Part shown: in pieces, positions 7,343 to 7,996 of the stretch
Numbering within the stretch: the stretch's first letter is position 1
Layout: every line of letters starts with the position of its first letter
DNA from: Octopus sinensis
Lineage: Eukaryota
Direction: 5' to 3'
DNA length: 7,996 nucleotides
NCBI RefSeq assembly: GCF_006345805.1
Contig: NW_021828633.1
Coordinates: forward strand, 1-7,996
Made by a program: the position numbers and the translations under genes
Notes under the pieces: generated by a model
Database searches by the model: none
Told to the model about the DNA's origin: nothing
The model's input: only the letters and a program-made list of their open reading frames with translations

Positions 7343-7490
7343 GAGCCAAACGAGGAGTGGATTGTATGATGACCTTTAACTTGTCAGAAATAACAACCAG
7401 GTATCGCTCAAGGAAAAGGAAGGACACATTAGATAATGCAATTCCAAGAGGAACGCCTCTGATCACAGGCCTATTCGATTACGGTAAACT
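7343..7490 (+). mobile_element. Family R, copy F (opposite orientation, internal deletion)
   Basis: GAGCCAAACGAGG, AGAAATAACAACCA and GGAAGGACACATTAGATAATGCAATTCC (7418-7445) are reverse complements of family blocks in copies A, B and E. Confidence 0.75.
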
Positions 7491-7531
7491 TATATAAGTA
7501 ATAATCACAAGAATTGAAATTCTCACTTGAT

Positions 7532-7699
7532 GCCAACAAGGGAACCTAGAAATAGCAGTCAAATATCCTTCGGTCTAGAATATAAAGAGGGATAATATTG
7601 CATAATGTGGTGCTGGACACTCAATGTTGAATAAAGAGCAGGATGGTCGCAGCTGGGATATTTATGATTACAACTCTGTCTAATCGCTCTTGAACCGAC
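7532..7699 (+). mobile_element. Family R, copy G (deletion in the ribozyme-like region)
   Basis: GCCAACAAGGGAACC-TAGAAATAGCAGTCAAATATCCTTC (7532-7571) and GGATGGTCGCAGCTGGG (~7641-7657, reverse complement of the CCA..C..GACCAT block). Confidence 0.75.
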
Positions 7700-7867
7700 A
7701 AAAAATTCTTCCTAAATTTTGGCACAAGGCAAGCAACTTTGATGGGCGTGGGAAATCGATTGCATCGACCCCTGTATTGAACTTAAACTTATACTATCGG
7801 CATAAAGAAGATGACAAGCAAAGTCGACATCGGTGGCTTTTGAACTCAGAAACCAGAAGAAATACCG
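7700..7867 (-). mobile_element. Decayed, 5'-truncated tRNA-derived SINE (resembles octopus OR/OK CORE-type SINEs)
   Basis: Minus strand has a B-box-like GAGTTCAAA (7847-7839), then GTCGACTTTGC, GGGGTCGATGCAATCGA and CCTTGTGCC. Flanked by an exact 11 bp direct repeat CTTGAACCGAC (7689-7699, 7868-7878). Family name is from recollection. Confidence 0.65.
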
Positions 7868-7996
7868 CTTGAACCGACTGCTAAAAGCAACAACTTTAAC
7901 TCTGTTGAAAATGTTCCTTTCTCACCATAAAAATCATACACACAACCAACAATATATTTCAATGAATTGGATGTTTACGCATTTTTTTCATTTGTT

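Noticed and set aside
6947-7466. MYVC/HTYI repeat ORFs
   Set aside because: Translations of (ACAT)n.
7547-7557. TAGAAATAGC match to the engineered Cas9 sgRNA scaffold loop
   Set aside because: Short coincidental match. The GAAA linker in sgRNA is synthetic, and here the segment is part of family R.

Overview
Non-coding, repeat-saturated eukaryotic DNA. I find no supportable protein-coding gene: every long ORF lies in a microsatellite or in decayed repeats. The repeat families and the density of (ATG)n/(ACAT)n tracts resemble cephalopod (Octopus-like) genomes; this is from recollection, not a database search. Contents: (1) 7 clear and 2 weak decayed copies of a ~200 bp short interspersed element. 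Four are head-to-tail at ~1.0-1.73 kb and two at 7.34-7.70 kb. On the strand ending in an (AAC)n-type tail, the 5' ~65 nt can be arranged like an HDV-like self-cleaving ribozyme of the L1Tc/Ingi type, with apparent compensatory changes between copies. This is the main hypothesis of interest and is unproven: P1 is short, P1.1 is not evident, and no copy here is intact. (2) Two ~90% identical copies of a tRNA-derived SINE (1940-2106, 2493-2772). (3) Two fragments of other SINE families (6833-7043, 7700-7867). (4) About 3.5 kb of G-N-T trinucleotide low-complexity sequence, including (GGT)19, a 117 bp tandem duplication and an ~850 bp (ATG)n array. (5) An (ACAT)n array with higher-order structure.
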